The notes: a model not told the origin generated them from the letters alone. A DNA stretch of 64,000 bases from Anaeromyxobacter sp. (GCA_049840735.1 JASGJN010000020.1:160001-224000), one strand, 5' to 3'. Positions 30,636 to 41,676 are shown, numbered from the stretch's first letter. Numbers and translations are program-made.

Positions 30636-33114
30636 TCACCTCGGCCCGGGCGCCCCCAGCGTCTGGGCGCACTCGGCAGCCTTGAAGCCGAGCGCGGCCG
30701 ATTCGCGCGGCACCAGCAGGCCGCGGTCGGCGAGCCGGTCCACCGTGCGCTGGAAGATCTGGAGCTGCGCGGTGGCCGCCCTGGGCGTGGCGGCGCGCTC
30801 GGCCAGGAGCTGCGCCAGCGTCGCCTCGCCGACGAGGACGAGCTCGGCGCGCCGCAGCGGGTCCGGCGGGCAGGTCAGGCAGCCGGGGCGCTCGAAGAAG
30901 TCGTGGACCATCCAGACCAGGGTTCCCAGGCAGAGCTGCGGGGCCAGCCGCAGCCGGACCAGGATGGCGTCGGTGCTCCCGCCGTAGTCCGGCTGGTAGG
31001 CCGACCCGGTGGTGGGGAAGCCGGTCTGGCCGGCGCCGGCCAGCGAGAGGTTGTCGGCGTTGCCGGGCTCCACGGCCGCGGCGAACACGACGTCGTACCC
31101 CGGGCCGCCCAGGAAGGTCCCGTAGACGAGCGCGTCGCCCGACGGGTGGATGGTCGCGACGAACAGAATCCTGCGGCCCCCCCAGCGTCAGGTCCGCGGC
31201 GCCGGCGGTGGTGGGAAAGCCGGCCGAGGCGGTCTCGCCCGCCACGAACGCCAGCCCGGTGGTCGGGGCCACCGCGATGGCCCGGCCGGTGTCGTCCTGG
31301 GCGCCGCCCAGGTAGGTGGCGTAGATGCGCGAGGCCGCGCCGGCCGCCGAGGTGTCCAGCCGGGCCACGAAGGCGTCGCGCCCGCCGCCGTGGCTGGTGT
31401 CGTACGCGCCCGCGCTCACCGGGAACCCGGCCCCGGCGCGGCCGGTCACGTACGCCTGCCCGGTCACGTCCAGCGCCACCGCCAGCGCCTGGTCCGCCCC
31501 GGCGCCGCCCAGGTACGTCGCGTAGGCGCAGCAGGCGCCGTCGGCCTCGAGCCTGGCCAGGAAGCCGTCCAGGCTGCCGCCGTGGGTCGTGTCGAAGCCG
31601 CCGTCGGTGACCGGGAAGGCGGCCGAGCTGGTGTCGCCCACCGCCACCGCCTCGCCCGCCGCGTTCACCGCCACCCCCGCGCCCAGTTCGTCGCCGGTGC
31701 CGCCCAGGAAGGTGGACCAGGCCAGCGTCGCCTCGTTGCCAGCCCCCAGCACCACCTTGGTCACGAATGCGTCGGTCAACGCCACGTCCGGCAGCCCGCC
31801 GTTGAAGGTGAGCGGGTCCGCGCCGGGCAGGTCCGGCGAGTCGGTCATCCCCACCACGAAGACCTCGGCCTCTCCGCCCGCCTCGCGCACCGCGATGCCG
31901 AAGGCCAGCTCGTCGAAGCTGCCGCCCAGGTAGCTGGCGTAGAGCAGCGTGCTCCCCGAGGGCGAGAGCTTGGCCAGGTAGCCGTCGAGCGCCCCGTCGT
32001 GCTCGCCGTCCAGCGCCACGCCGCTGGCCCCGGCGCCGCCCGTGACCGGGAAGTCGGAGGACTGGGTCCAGCCGGTCAGGTAGGCCGCGCCGGCCGCGTC
32101 GATGGCGATGCCCGTGCCCTGGTCCGCGGTCCCGCCGCCCAGGTAGGTGGCGTAGACCAGCGAGTCGTCGCCGTCCTGCAGCGGATCGAGCTTGGCCACG
32201 AACGCGTCCGAGCCCCCGGCCTTGTCCTCGAAGGCCCCGAGCCGCGTCGGGAAGTCGAGCGAGCCGGTCTGGCCGGTGACGTAGGCCCTCCCGGCCCCGT
32301 CCACCGCCAGCCCGAGCCCGGTGTCCTGCTGGTCACCGCCGAGGAAGGTCGAGTAGACGACCACCGGGTCGATGACCAGCGGCAGGCGCCGGTCGTACCG
32401 GCCCACCTCGAACCCCAGCGCCGGCTCGCCGTCCACGTCGCCGCGCAGCACGAAGCGGCTCTCCACCGGGCGGCGCCGTCCGGCCACCAGCTGGTAGGCC
32501 ACGGGCGGCTGCTCGCCCAGCACGGCGGGCGGGGCCACCACCTCCAGCCCGCCGCCCCGGGACAGCCGCAGGGCGCTGGCGCCGCGGTAGGCGAGCCTGA
32601 CCACCCCAGGATCGACGCCGGGCGCGAGGACCAGGTCGTACTCGAGCCGCCCGCCGGGCCGGCGGAACACCACGTCCACCCCCGGCCAGACCTGCTGGTA
32701 CACCACCTCGGCGAAGGACGGCAGCCCCGTGCGCCAGGCGCCGGGGTCCCTCCCCACGAGATAGCTCACCTGCCCCGCCAGCTGGCGCCGCGCCGAGACC
32801 TGCAGGGCCGGGCTGGCGGCGAGGAAGCGAAGCGCCACCGCCACGCGTCGCGCCGGCGCCGGCGCCTGGGGGCCGGCATCCTGCACGAGCACCACCTCGT
32901 CGCGCGTGAAGTAGACTGCCTGCCCCGGGCCGTGGCCCAGGAAGCTCACGCGCGCGTCGGCCTGGCCGCGGTTCGGCACGAAGCGGGCCGCCACCGCCTC
33001 GGCCGGCCCGCCGGCCCGGGCCTCCTCCGCGCCCATCGCCACCGCCACGATCAGCGCCCCGCAGGCCCTGGCCAGCCGCGGCGCTCCCCTCCACCCCGCC
33101 TCGCTCTTCCGCAT
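30636..33114 (-). CDS. secreted SBBP beta-propeller repeat protein; +1 frameshift at ~31167
   Basis: FVPNRGQ...YD..LPLVIDP N-domain; repeated YSTFLGG..D.G.GIAVD..G.AYVTG.T.S.DFP; removing one base restores QDLFVATIHPSGDALVYGTFLGG. Confidence 0.85.
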
Positions 33115-33246
33115 GTGCGCCCCCGTCCCGCCTTCCTAGCGGGTCCGGCGCCCTGGGCGCATGTCACCCAGCGTGCGAGCCGGAGGAGGCAGCCGCGGGC
33201 GGGACACGGCCCGGCGGCCGAGCCCTCGCACGAGGCGGGCCGTAGC

Positions 33247-34401
33247 TCATCCGACCCGGTCCGCCGCCGGCTGCTGCTCCGCGCCGCCCATCGCCGGATC
33301 CGCCGGCGCGCCCGCCAGCAGCCGCTCGACGAAGGCTCGCATCCTGCCCAGCGCCTCGTCGTGCCCCCAGTGGCGGCGGATGTGCTCGCGGGCCGCCGCG
33401 CCCCAGGCCCGCGCCCGCTCCGGATCCTCGGCCAGCCCTGCGAGCGCCGCCCCGAGCGCGGCGGGATCGCGCGTCGGCACCACGCGCCCGCAGACCCGGT
33501 CCAGCACGATCCCGCGATTTCCGGGGACGTCGGTGACCACGGGCGGCCTGCCGACGCACATGGCCTCGAGCAGGCTCTTGGTGAGCGACTCCCCGTGGCT
33601 GGATGACAGCACGTACCCGTCGCACGCAGCCATGATCTCCAGCGCGTCCGGGCGCGGCCCCAGGACGTGGAGCCGATCCGCCATGGGGCTCTCCCGCAGG
33701 AGGCGGCTGAGCCCGGGGTCGTCCAGGCCCTGGCCCATGAGCACGAGCCGGAGCGGCGAGCCTGGCGGGACGTGCCAGGTGGCCCGCAGCAGCGTAGGCA
33801 GGTCCTTCATCCGCCTCACGTTGGCGGCGAAGGCGACGTTGAAGCCGCCGGGCGGGATCCCCAGCGCGCGCAGGTCGGCCGGCCGCGTCCCGTCGTACCA
33901 GGCCACGTCGTGTCCCTTGGAGAGGGCCACCGCCCGCTGACCGCGCCCGGGGAGGTTGGCGCGCAGGGTGTCGCGCACCGAGGCGGCGTTGCACCAGTAG
34001 GCGTCGATCCGGGGGTGGAGGAGCTTCAGGTAGGCGCCGGGATCCCACCAGCGGACGTTGCCGTCGAACCCGCGGTACGCGACCACCTTCACCGGCAGCC
34101 CCAGCGCCGCCCAGGGCCCGGCGCGGAGGGAGCGGCCGGAGCACAGGAAGAGGAGCTGGTGCCCGCCGCGGACCAGCTCTGCGCGGATGCGGCGGACCTC
34201 CGCGAGGCTGGCCCGCTTCCTCGGGACCCACTCGACCACCTCGATCCCGTGCGCACGCAGCCGGGGCAGGTACGGGCTGCCCGGTCTGCACATCATGGTG
34301 ACCCGGTACCCGGCAGCGCGGAGCCCGATGAAGAGCTCGGTCTCGGGGCGGGAGGAGACGATGGTGCTGCACTCGGAGATGACCAGGATAGAGGCGGTCA
34401 T
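33247..34401 (-). CDS. glycosyltransferase family 4
   Basis: RRMKDL, VLSSSHGESLTKSLLEAM, VVTDVPG. Confidence 0.88.
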   Translation of the reverse strand: MTASILVISECSTIVSSRPETELFIGLRAAGYRVTMMCRPGSPYLPRLRAHGIEVVEWVPRKRASLAEVRRIRAELVRGGHQLLFLCSGRSLRAGPWAALGLPVKVVAYRGFDGNVRWWDPGAYLKLLHPRIDAYWCNAASVRDTLRANLPGRGQRAVALSKGHDVAWYDGTRPADLRALGIPPGGFNVAFAANVRRMKDLPTLLRATWHVPPGSPLRLVLMGQGLDDPGLSRLLRESPMADRLHVLGPRPDALEIMAACDGYVLSSSHGESLTKSLLEAMCVGRPPVVTDVPGNRGIVLDRVCGRVVPTRDPAALGAALAGLAEDPERARAWGAAAREHIRRHWGHDEALGRMRAFVERLLAGAPADPAMGGAEQQPAADRVG

Positions 34402-34409
34402 GGCGGGGC

Positions 34410-35420
34410 TCAGGCGGAGAGCGCGATGGGGCCGGGCGCCGCCGCGGCGGCGCCGTCGTACGCCGCCAGCCAGCGGGCCAGCCGCCCCAGGCCGACGTCC
34501 AGCGTCGTGCCCGGCGAGAAGCCGGTGACCGCCTCCACCTGGCGGGTGTCGGCCCAGGTGGCAGGGACGTCGCCGGGCTGCATGGGCAGCAGCCGCAGCA
34601 CCGCCTTGCGCCCGAGGTGCCGCTCCAGCGTGGCGACGAACTCGGTCAGGGTGACCGGCGAGCTGTTGCCGACGTTGAGCACCCGCCAGGGCGCCGCGCC
34701 GTCGGCCTGCGGCGGGCGCCGGAGGACGCGGGTGATCACCTCCACCACGTCGTCCACGTAGGTGAAGTCGCGGCGCATCTCGCCGTGGTTGAAGAGCGCG
34801 ATCGGCTCGCCGCGGAGGATGGCGCGCCCGAACAGGATGGGCGCCATGTCCGGCCGCCCCCAGGGCCCGTAGACGGTGAAGAAGCGGAGCCCGGTGGCGG
34901 GGAGTCCGTGGATGTGGGCGTAGGCGTGCGCCATGAGCTCGTTGGCCCGCTTGGTGGCGGCGTAGTAGCTGACGGGCCGATCCGCGGCCTGCTCCTCGGA
35001 GAAGGGCACCTCCGCGCTGGCCCCGTAGACCGAGCTGGAGGAGGCGTAGACCAGGTGCCGCACGCGGCGGCGCGCGCAGGCCTCCAGCACGTTCTGGAAG
35101 CCCACCAGGTTGGTGCGCGTGTAGGCGGCGGGGTGCTGGATCGAGTACCGGACCCCGGCCTGGGCCGCCAGGTGGACGACCTGCTCCGGACGGGCTGCGT
35201 CGAGCACCGCCTCCACCGTCGCGGCCTCGGCGACGTCACCGCGCGTGAACGTGAAGCCTGGCTCCCGCCGCAGCAGCTCGAGCCGCGCCTCCTTGAGCGC
35301 CACCTCGTAGTACGGATCGAGGTTGTCGAGGCCGGTCACCGCGTGCCCCTCCCTGAGGAGCCGGAGCGCGGTGTGGAAGCCGATGAAGCCGGCGCAGCCG
35401 GTGACGACGGTGCTGGGCAT
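34410..35420 (-). CDS. NAD-dependent epimerase (UDP-glucuronate 4-epimerase-like)
   Basis: GCAGFIG, HLAAQAGVRYS, YAATK, FFTVYGPWGRPDMA, MQPGDV. Confidence 0.9.
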   Translation of the reverse strand: MPSTVVTGCAGFIGFHTALRLLREGHAVTGLDNLDPYYEVALKEARLELLRREPGFTFTRGDVAEAATVEAVLDAARPEQVVHLAAQAGVRYSIQHPAAYTRTNLVGFQNVLEACARRRVRHLVYASSSSVYGASAEVPFSEEQAADRPVSYYAATKRANELMAHAYAHIHGLPATGLRFFTVYGPWGRPDMAPILFGRAILRGEPIALFNHGEMRRDFTYVDDVVEVITRVLRRPPQADGAAPWRVLNVGNSSPVTLTEFVATLERHLGRKAVLRLLPMQPGDVPATWADTRQVEAVTGFSPGTTLDVGLGRLARWLAAYDGAAAAAPGPIALSA

Positions 35421-35622
35421 CCCGCCGCCCTGGTGCATCGAGCGCGCCAGGCGCGCGCCCCGCGCACATCCGTCGATCGCGAGGGCCGGCCGGGTTCGGA
35501 CTGTCGTCTCGCCGACAGTCCGGCACCGCGAGCTGCCCGATTCCCGACAGCGCGCCAGGCCAAGCGGCCGCGGCCGCGGCGTGCGGGCCGGTGGCACGCG
35601 CCATGAACTGCCCGACGGGTCC

Positions 35623-36528
35623 ATGATCAACCGGCCCGCACCCGCTGCCCCGCCGCGCTCGCCCGAGGAGGCCCTCCGGGCCTACGCCGAGGTCCTGGCG
35701 CCCACCGCGATCGACGCCGCCCACCTCGACCGCGTGAGGGCCACGGTCGAGCGCGCCTGCCGCGGCTTCGGGGTGACCGCGGTCGAGCCGGCGGGGAGCA
35801 GGGTGCGCGGCACGGCCATCCGCGCGGCCGAGCCGCTCGACCTGCTGGTGATCGCGCCGCGCGGGGACGGGTGGGGCGAGTGCTCACGCGCCGCCATCGC
35901 CGGGCTCGCCGCGGCTGCGGCGGAGACCATGGGCGTGAACACCTGGGACGAGCGGCTCGGCGCGTTCGTCGAGCTGGAGCCGGGCCCTGGGCTGCAGCTC
36001 ATCCCGGCTGCCGGTCGCCCCTCGACGAGCGCAGCGCGACCCGAGCCTCCCGCCGCGTTCGAGGTGCGCCTCCCCGACGGACGCGGGGGCTGGACCGACG
36101 CCACCCCGCGGGCCCACGACCTCCACCTGGCAGCGGTGGCGAGCGGCAGCCCCACCCACCTCATGACCGTGCGGATCCTGCGCGCCTGGCGGGCGCTGCG
36201 GCCGGCGGTCGAGGGCCTCTCGGCCTTCGCCATGGAGCTGGCCCTCGCGGCGTGCGGCGGTGTAGGCCAGGCAGGCCGGCTGACGGAGGCCGTGCAGGCG
36301 GCCCTCGAGGCGCTCGCCGCCCGGCTGGGCGGTGGTCAGGGGGTGCGCGATCCGCTGGGGCTCCTCCCGCCCATCCAGCTCGCCTCCCCGGACGGCCGCG
36401 CGCGGCTCGCCCTCGAGGTCGAGCGGGCGCAGCGGCTGGCGGCCCTGGCCGCGCGCGCGGAGGCCGAGGGTGACCTGGAGGAGGCGCGCCTCCTCTGGGC
36501 GCTGGCCATCGGATACGCGGAACAATGA
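35623..36528 (+). CDS. SMODS / CD-NTase-like nucleotidyltransferase with degenerate active site
   Basis: GSRVRGTAIR..EPLDL, LQLIPA, LPDGRGGW..ATP.AH, RILRAWR..LSAFAMEL, DP.G, C-terminal AARAEAEGD.EEARLLW. Confidence 0.7.
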   Translation: MINRPAPAAPPRSPEEALRAYAEVLAPTAIDAAHLDRVRATVERACRGFGVTAVEPAGSRVRGTAIRAAEPLDLLVIAPRGDGWGECSRAAIAGLAAAAAETMGVNTWDERLGAFVELEPGPGLQLIPAAGRPSTSAARPEPPAAFEVRLPDGRGGWTDATPRAHDLHLAAVASGSPTHLMTVRILRAWRALRPAVEGLSAFAMELALAACGGVGQAGRLTEAVQAALEALAARLGGGQGVRDPLGLLPPIQLASPDGRARLALEVERAQRLAALAARAEAEGDLEEARLLWALAIGYAEQ

Positions 36529-36602
36529 CCCGGCGCGCTGGCCTCCCTCCCCGCCATCCAGGGATGGCTTCCGGGGAGCTGCCCCGGCATCATCGGTGCC
36601 CG

Positions 36603-37947
36603 ATGAAGGACTGCAATCAGAATCCCAACCCCCGACCTCCAGAGCGCCGTGGCGATGCTGGACCGGCTGTCGCCGGATCGGTGGCAGCGCGCCCTCGCCG
36701 CCACCGTCAACCAGCGCTGGGCGCGCAGCCGGCTCCTGCTCTTCGCCGCGCTGTACGCGGCCTGGGGCGCGCTCTGCCTGACCTTGTGGCGCGTCGGCTA
36801 CCCGCCCTGGCGCGTGGCCGTGCTCGGCGCGGCGCTGGTGTCCCTCGTGCTGCTCCACCTGCGCGGGCTCTGGGCCGACGAGCCCACGGCCTACCAGCGC
36901 GACGATCGGCGCTCGCTCTTCGCCGCGCTGGTCGCGATCTGCGCCACCGGCGGGCTCGACAGCCCGCTGCTCCTGGCCATCACCGGGATGTTCTCCAGCT
37001 ACCTCATGCGCCAGGGGCTCACGCGGGAGGTCCGGATCGCGTTCGGCACCCTCTTCGCGCTGGCGGTCGGCCTGGCGCTGATCCCGGAGGCCTGGATGGC
37101 CCCGCCCATGCCCGCGCCGATCCACCGGATCACCACCCTGGTCGTGCTGCTCTCCAGCCTGGTGCTCAACGCCGACTACATGGTGCTGATGATGCGGACC
37201 GGCAGCGACGCCCTCCGCGCGCTGGTCCGGAGCCGGAGCGAGCGCGCCAGCGAGGCGCTGGAGCGGGCGGCGCAGCTGGAGCGGATGTCCTCGCGCCTGT
37301 CCCACGAGCTCAAGAACCCCCTCAGCGCCATCAAGGCGCTGGTCCAGCTCTCCGTGGCCGCCGAGCGGGATCCGGACAACCGCCTCCGGCTCGAGGTGGT
37401 CGCCGGGGAGGTGGACCGGATGCAGGGGATCATCCAGGGCTACCTCTCGTTCTCCCGCCCGCTGGACGCGCTCCAGCTCTCGGCGCTGGAGCTGGCGCCG
37501 CTGGTGGACGAGGTGGTGGCCATCCTGGAGGGCCGGGCGGAGGCCGCCCAGGTGGCGCTCCGCAGGCGCGGCGACGGCGCGACGCGCGGCGATCCCCGCC
37601 ACCTCAAGGTGGCGCTCATCAACCTGGTCGCGAACGCCATCGAGGCGTCGCCGCCGGGCACCACGGTGGAGCTCGGCATCGACCGCCTCGGGGACGCGCT
37701 CCAGCTGACGATCCGGGACCAGGGGCGCGGGATGACGCCGGAGGTGCTGGAGCGGGTGGGCATCCCCTTCTTCACCACCCGGGAGGCCGGCACCGGGCTG
37801 GGCGTGAGCATCGCGCGGGCGGCCATCGAGGCGCACGGCGGCCGGCTGTCCTACGAGAGCGGAGCGGAGCGCGGCACGGTCGCGACCGTGACGCTCCCTC
37901 ACCGGACCGGGGAGGCGGATCATGGCGCGCGTGCTGCTGGTCGATGA
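36603..37947 (+). CDS. membrane sensor histidine kinase; probable +1 frameshift at ~36621 (otherwise start ~36655)
   Basis: Several TM helices, SHELKNPL, NLVANA, DQGRG, GTGLG; AGAATC to AGATC gives MKDCNQIPTPDLQSAVAMLD. Confidence 0.88.
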
Positions 37948-39283
37948 CGAGTCGGCGGTCCTCTTCGCCATGAAGGAGGTGGTCCGGGCGGCCGGGAACG
38001 AGCCGGTGCTGGCGCGCTCGGCCGCGGAGGCGCTCCAGCAGCTCGAGGGCGTGGACGCCGTGGTGACGGACTTCGCCATGCCCGGGGTGGACGGCCTGGC
38101 CCTCCTGCAGGCCATCCGCGAGCGCGATCCGTCGCTGCCGGTGATCCTGCTCACGGCGCAGGGCTCGGAGCGGCTGGCGGTGCGCGCCATGAAGGCGGGG
38201 GCCCACGAGTACGTCACCAAGCCCTTCGACGTGGAGGAGATGTCGCTCGTCATCGAGCGCGCGCTGGAGGCCCGCGGCCTCAGGCTCCGCAACCAGCGGC
38301 TCGAGACGGAGAAGGCCCTCGGCAAGGCCTTCGTGGCGGACGCGCCCCCCATGCGCCGCCTGCTGCGCGAGATCGGGCAGGTGGCGCCGCGCGACGTCAC
38401 GGTGCTGGTTCGCGGGGAGACCGGCACCGGCAAGGAGCTGGTCGCCTCGATGCTCCACGCCCAGAGCCGGCGCGCCGCGGGGCCGCTCGTCCGCTTCAAC
38501 TGCGCCGCGATCCCGGCGGAGCTGGCGGAGGCAGAGCTGTTCGGCCACGCGCGGGGCGCCTTCACCGGCGCCACCCAGGCGCGGCGGGGCTTCTTCGCCG
38601 AGGCGCACGGCGGCACCATCGTGCTGGACGAGGTGGGTGAGCTCCCGGCGGCGCTCCAGCCGAAGCTCCTCCGCGTGCTGCAGGAGGGCGAGCTCCAGCC
38701 GGTCGGCTCGGGCCGGATCGAGCGGGTGGACGTGCGCGTGGTCGCCTCCACCAACCGCGACCTCGAGGCCGACGCCCGCGCAGGCCGGTTCAGGGAGGAC
38801 CTCTATTACCGGCTGGCCGTGCTGGAGCTCGTCGTCCCGCCGCTGCGCGACCGCCGGGAGGACATCCCCGCCCTCGCGACCGAGTTCGCGCGACGCTGGG
38901 CGGAGCGGTTCAGCCTGGAGAACGTCCGCCTCTCCCCTGCCCTCCTCGCCCGGCTGGGCGCCGCAGACTGGCCCGGCAACGTCCGGCAGCTGGAGAGCGC
39001 CGTCGCCCGCCTGGTGGTGCTGGGAGGCGGTGGCGAGCTCGGCCCCGAGGCCTTCCAGGGCACCGGGAGGCCGGCCACGGCGCCGGCCGCGGACGAGCCG
39101 GAAGAGGGCGCAGTCCCCGAGGGCGGGCCTTCGCTCCGCGAGCAGCTCGAGGCGCTCGAGCGCAGCCTGATCGTGAGGGCCATGGCCGCGGCGAGCGGCA
39201 ACCAGTCGGAGGCCGCGCGCAGGCTGGGCATCGGGAGGACGCCGCTCATCGATCGGCTGAAGAAGTATGGCCTGTCCTCCTAG
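37922..39283 (+). CDS. sigma54-dependent (NtrC-type) response regulator
   Basis: Receiver, GETGTGKE, GAFTGA, WPGNVRQL, C-terminal Fis HTH. Confidence 0.93.
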   Translation: MARVLLVDDESAVLFAMKEVVRAAGNEPVLARSAAEALQQLEGVDAVVTDFAMPGVDGLALLQAIRERDPSLPVILLTAQGSERLAVRAMKAGAHEYVTKPFDVEEMSLVIERALEARGLRLRNQRLETEKALGKAFVADAPPMRRLLREIGQVAPRDVTVLVRGETGTGKELVASMLHAQSRRAAGPLVRFNCAAIPAELAEAELFGHARGAFTGATQARRGFFAEAHGGTIVLDEVGELPAALQPKLLRVLQEGELQPVGSGRIERVDVRVVASTNRDLEADARAGRFREDLYYRLAVLELVVPPLRDRREDIPALATEFARRWAERFSLENVRLSPALLARLGAADWPGNVRQLESAVARLVVLGGGGELGPEAFQGTGRPATAPAADEPEEGAVPEGGPSLREQLEALERSLIVRAMAAASGNQSEAARRLGIGRTPLIDRLKKYGLSS

Positions 39284-40352
39284 GCCCTCCCGCAGCGCGA
39301 ACCTGGGCTCCTCGCCACCCTCCCCGCCTCCAGCGGGCCGCCGCCCATCGGCGGCGCTGGCCCTGGCCCTGGGGGCGGTCCTGGCCCTGGCCGGCTGCGA
39401 AGCCCACCTGCCAGCGCCCAACGAGCCCTCGGCGTTCCTGGAGCGGTCCACCGCCTTCGTGTCCTCCGACCGCGCGCAGGCGTTCGAGGTCGATCCGGCG
39501 CTGCACCTGCTGCTCTGGAACGACCTCGCCGACCTGGCCGCAGCCGGGCAGGACGGCGTCGCGACCGTCGGCTCCGTCTCGGTCCTCGGGCAGTTCCGCC
39601 TGCTGTCCGGGGAGTCCACCCCGCTGCGGATTCCCACCTACGAGCCCCGGGTCAAGCTCCAGGTCTTCGACCGGCTCAGCGTCGCGCGCACGCCCGACGA
39701 GCCGCCGGAGGTGGTCCTGGCCGCGCTCGAGCTGTTCCTGGGACACCGCTCGAACGGCCAGGACGCCTGCGCGCTCGCGAACCACGAGCGCATCGGGGGC
39801 TCCGACTTCGCCTGCGTCCCCACCACCGACCCGCCCGACACCGCGCTCGACACCCGCAGCGGGAGCTTCACCACCAACTATGTCGGCCTGGGCGCCGGCG
39901 GGCAGTGGATCGGTCCTCGCGCGGCGGGCGGGCTCCCGTCCTTCCTGGCCGCGCTCCACGCCAGCAGCGAGTGGAACCTGGGCTGCGACCTGGGGGCCTG
40001 CATGTCCAACCGGCTGCGCCGGCGCTATGGCGCAGCGCTGCTCCGCTGGTCGGTGGAGGGTGAGCTCCCGGCCCTCGGTCGCCTGCCGCTCCCCGGGGTG
40101 GGCGTGGACCTCGGGCTGCGCGCCGGCGTGTCCGGGGTGATGCACGCGGCCGCGGCCGAGCACGAGCCCTTCGGCGAGGTGAGCCTGGAGGTGGCGGTGG
40201 CGGGGCGCCCCCGACGCAGCGGGCTGACCACGGCCCTCTTCCTCAGGCGGCACCAGGGGAGCGACCCCCTCAACATCCGGTTCGAGGAGCGGCTGGACGT
40301 CTGGATCGTGGGCTTCAGCTTCGAGCCGGCCACCTTCCGGGCGACGCGCTGA
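39267..40352 (+). CDS. outer-membrane phospholipase A (PldA)-like lipoprotein
   Basis: LALAGC lipobox; ESTPLRIPTYEP and GHRSNGQD match PldA-family motifs; beta-strand-like C-terminus; start uncertain. Confidence 0.55.
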   Translation: MACPPRPSRSANLGSSPPSPPPAGRRPSAALALALGAVLALAGCEAHLPAPNEPSAFLERSTAFVSSDRAQAFEVDPALHLLLWNDLADLAAAGQDGVATVGSVSVLGQFRLLSGESTPLRIPTYEPRVKLQVFDRLSVARTPDEPPEVVLAALELFLGHRSNGQDACALANHERIGGSDFACVPTTDPPDTALDTRSGSFTTNYVGLGAGGQWIGPRAAGGLPSFLAALHASSEWNLGCDLGACMSNRLRRRYGAALLRWSVEGELPALGRLPLPGVGVDLGLRAGVSGVMHAAAAEHEPFGEVSLEVAVAGRPRRSGLTTALFLRRHQGSDPLNIRFEERLDVWIVGFSFEPATFRATR

Positions 40353-40380
40353 GCCCGTGGCGCGCCGCGTGGCACGCCGC

Positions 40381-41433
40381 TCAGCCGAGCAGGTCCAGCA
40401 CCCGCCGCGCCGCCCGCTCCGCGCCGCCCAGCTCCGGCGGCGGCGGCACCGGCAGCTCCAGCGCCCGCCGGATGGGCTCGGCGATCCGCCCCGCCCGCAG
40501 CTCGGCGTTGGGCACGTGCACGCAGGCCAGCCAGCGCGGCATCTCCGCCACCATCACCGGGTACTCGGGGAAGTCGCCGCGCTCGGTGTAGACCACCCGC
40601 GCGCCGCAGGCGATGGCGTCGGTGACGATCCCGTAGCCGGGCTTGGTCACCACCACGTCGCTCGCTCCCACGGCGTCGATGTAGCGGAGCCCGGCCCGGG
40701 CCAGCCGTTCCTCCGTCAGGTCTTCGGGGAAGAGCCACTGCCAGGCGGCCTCGCGCGCCAGCACCGGGCGCGTCAGGGCCGGCACGCCGATGCCGCCGAA
40801 CGAGACCAGCACCACAGGTCGCCCGTCCAGCCCCAGCCGGCGGCGCGCCTCTGTTCGCGGCGCGCCGGGGCGGCGGGCCACGAAGCCCACCGGCTCGCGG
40901 CGCGGGAAGGCGGACAGCTCGCCGGCGAAGGGCAGCTCCAGCAGCAGCGCGGCGTGGGCGTAAGCCCGCGCGGCCCGCTCCGCGCTGGCGAGGAGCGTCG
41001 GCTGGCGGACCGCCAGGTGCCGGTAGATCCAGTCCCAGGAGAAGTTGCTGCAGCCCACGGCCGGCACGCCTGCCCGCGCGGCCGCCTCGAAGGGCAGCGC
41101 CGGGAGGTCGGCCAGCACCAGCCGCGCGTCCGACCGGCGCAGGAAGGCGGCCTCGCGCTCGACCACGGCCTCCCACCCGGCGTCGAACGCGGCGCAGCGC
41201 CGGGCGCTCTCCGCCTCGTCGATCTCCAGCGCGTCGCGCTGGACCAGCCCCACGTCGCAGGCCACCGGGCGCAGCGCCAGCGGGTCCGACACGTCGCGTC
41301 GGACCAGCCCCTCGGGGACGGTGCCGGTCAAGGTGATGGGAAGGTCCGGGGCGGCGGCGCGGACGGCCCTGAGGACCTCGCAGAGCCGTACCAGGTGGCC
41401 GTAGCCGTGGCCGGAGACGTAGGCGGCGAGCAT
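40381..41433 (-). CDS. GT-B glycosyltransferase-like protein (similar to the N-domain of L-arabinokinase)
   Basis: YVSGHGYGHLVR, SNFSWDWIY, VVTKPGYGIV, RGDFPEYP. Confidence 0.75.
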   Translation of the reverse strand: MLAAYVSGHGYGHLVRLCEVLRAVRAAAPDLPITLTGTVPEGLVRRDVSDPLALRPVACDVGLVQRDALEIDEAESARRCAAFDAGWEAVVEREAAFLRRSDARLVLADLPALPFEAAARAGVPAVGCSNFSWDWIYRHLAVRQPTLLASAERAARAYAHAALLLELPFAGELSAFPRREPVGFVARRPGAPRTEARRRLGLDGRPVVLVSFGGIGVPALTRPVLAREAAWQWLFPEDLTEERLARAGLRYIDAVGASDVVVTKPGYGIVTDAIACGARVVYTERGDFPEYPVMVAEMPRWLACVHVPNAELRAGRIAEPIRRALELPVPPPPELGGAERAARRVLDLLG

Positions 41434-41676
41434 GGCGCCGCGATTCTTCCATGGCTTGGGGCCGCGCGCCCGGGGAGAGCGCGTGCCGGTGGACCGGGCA
41501 GGCCGCTGCCCGATCCTGCACCCCGAGTGTCTTCACCCAGGGAGGAACCCATCAGGTCAGGGGTTGCACACCCTTGATGTGACTCGACTTGAAGCCGGGT
41601 GCGGCCATTCTCTACGCTTCGCACGCTTCATGCTTCACACCTACCCGGCACTACTCTCTCCCTGGAGATCAACCGG

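Noticed and set aside
35592..35607. Sigma54 promoter (TGGCACG) upstream of the CD-NTase-like gene
   Set aside because: The -12 position reads ATGA rather than TTGC
35623..40352. Functional CBASS defence operon
   Set aside because: Cyclase carboxylates are missing and no recognisable CBASS effector or ancillary gene is adjacent
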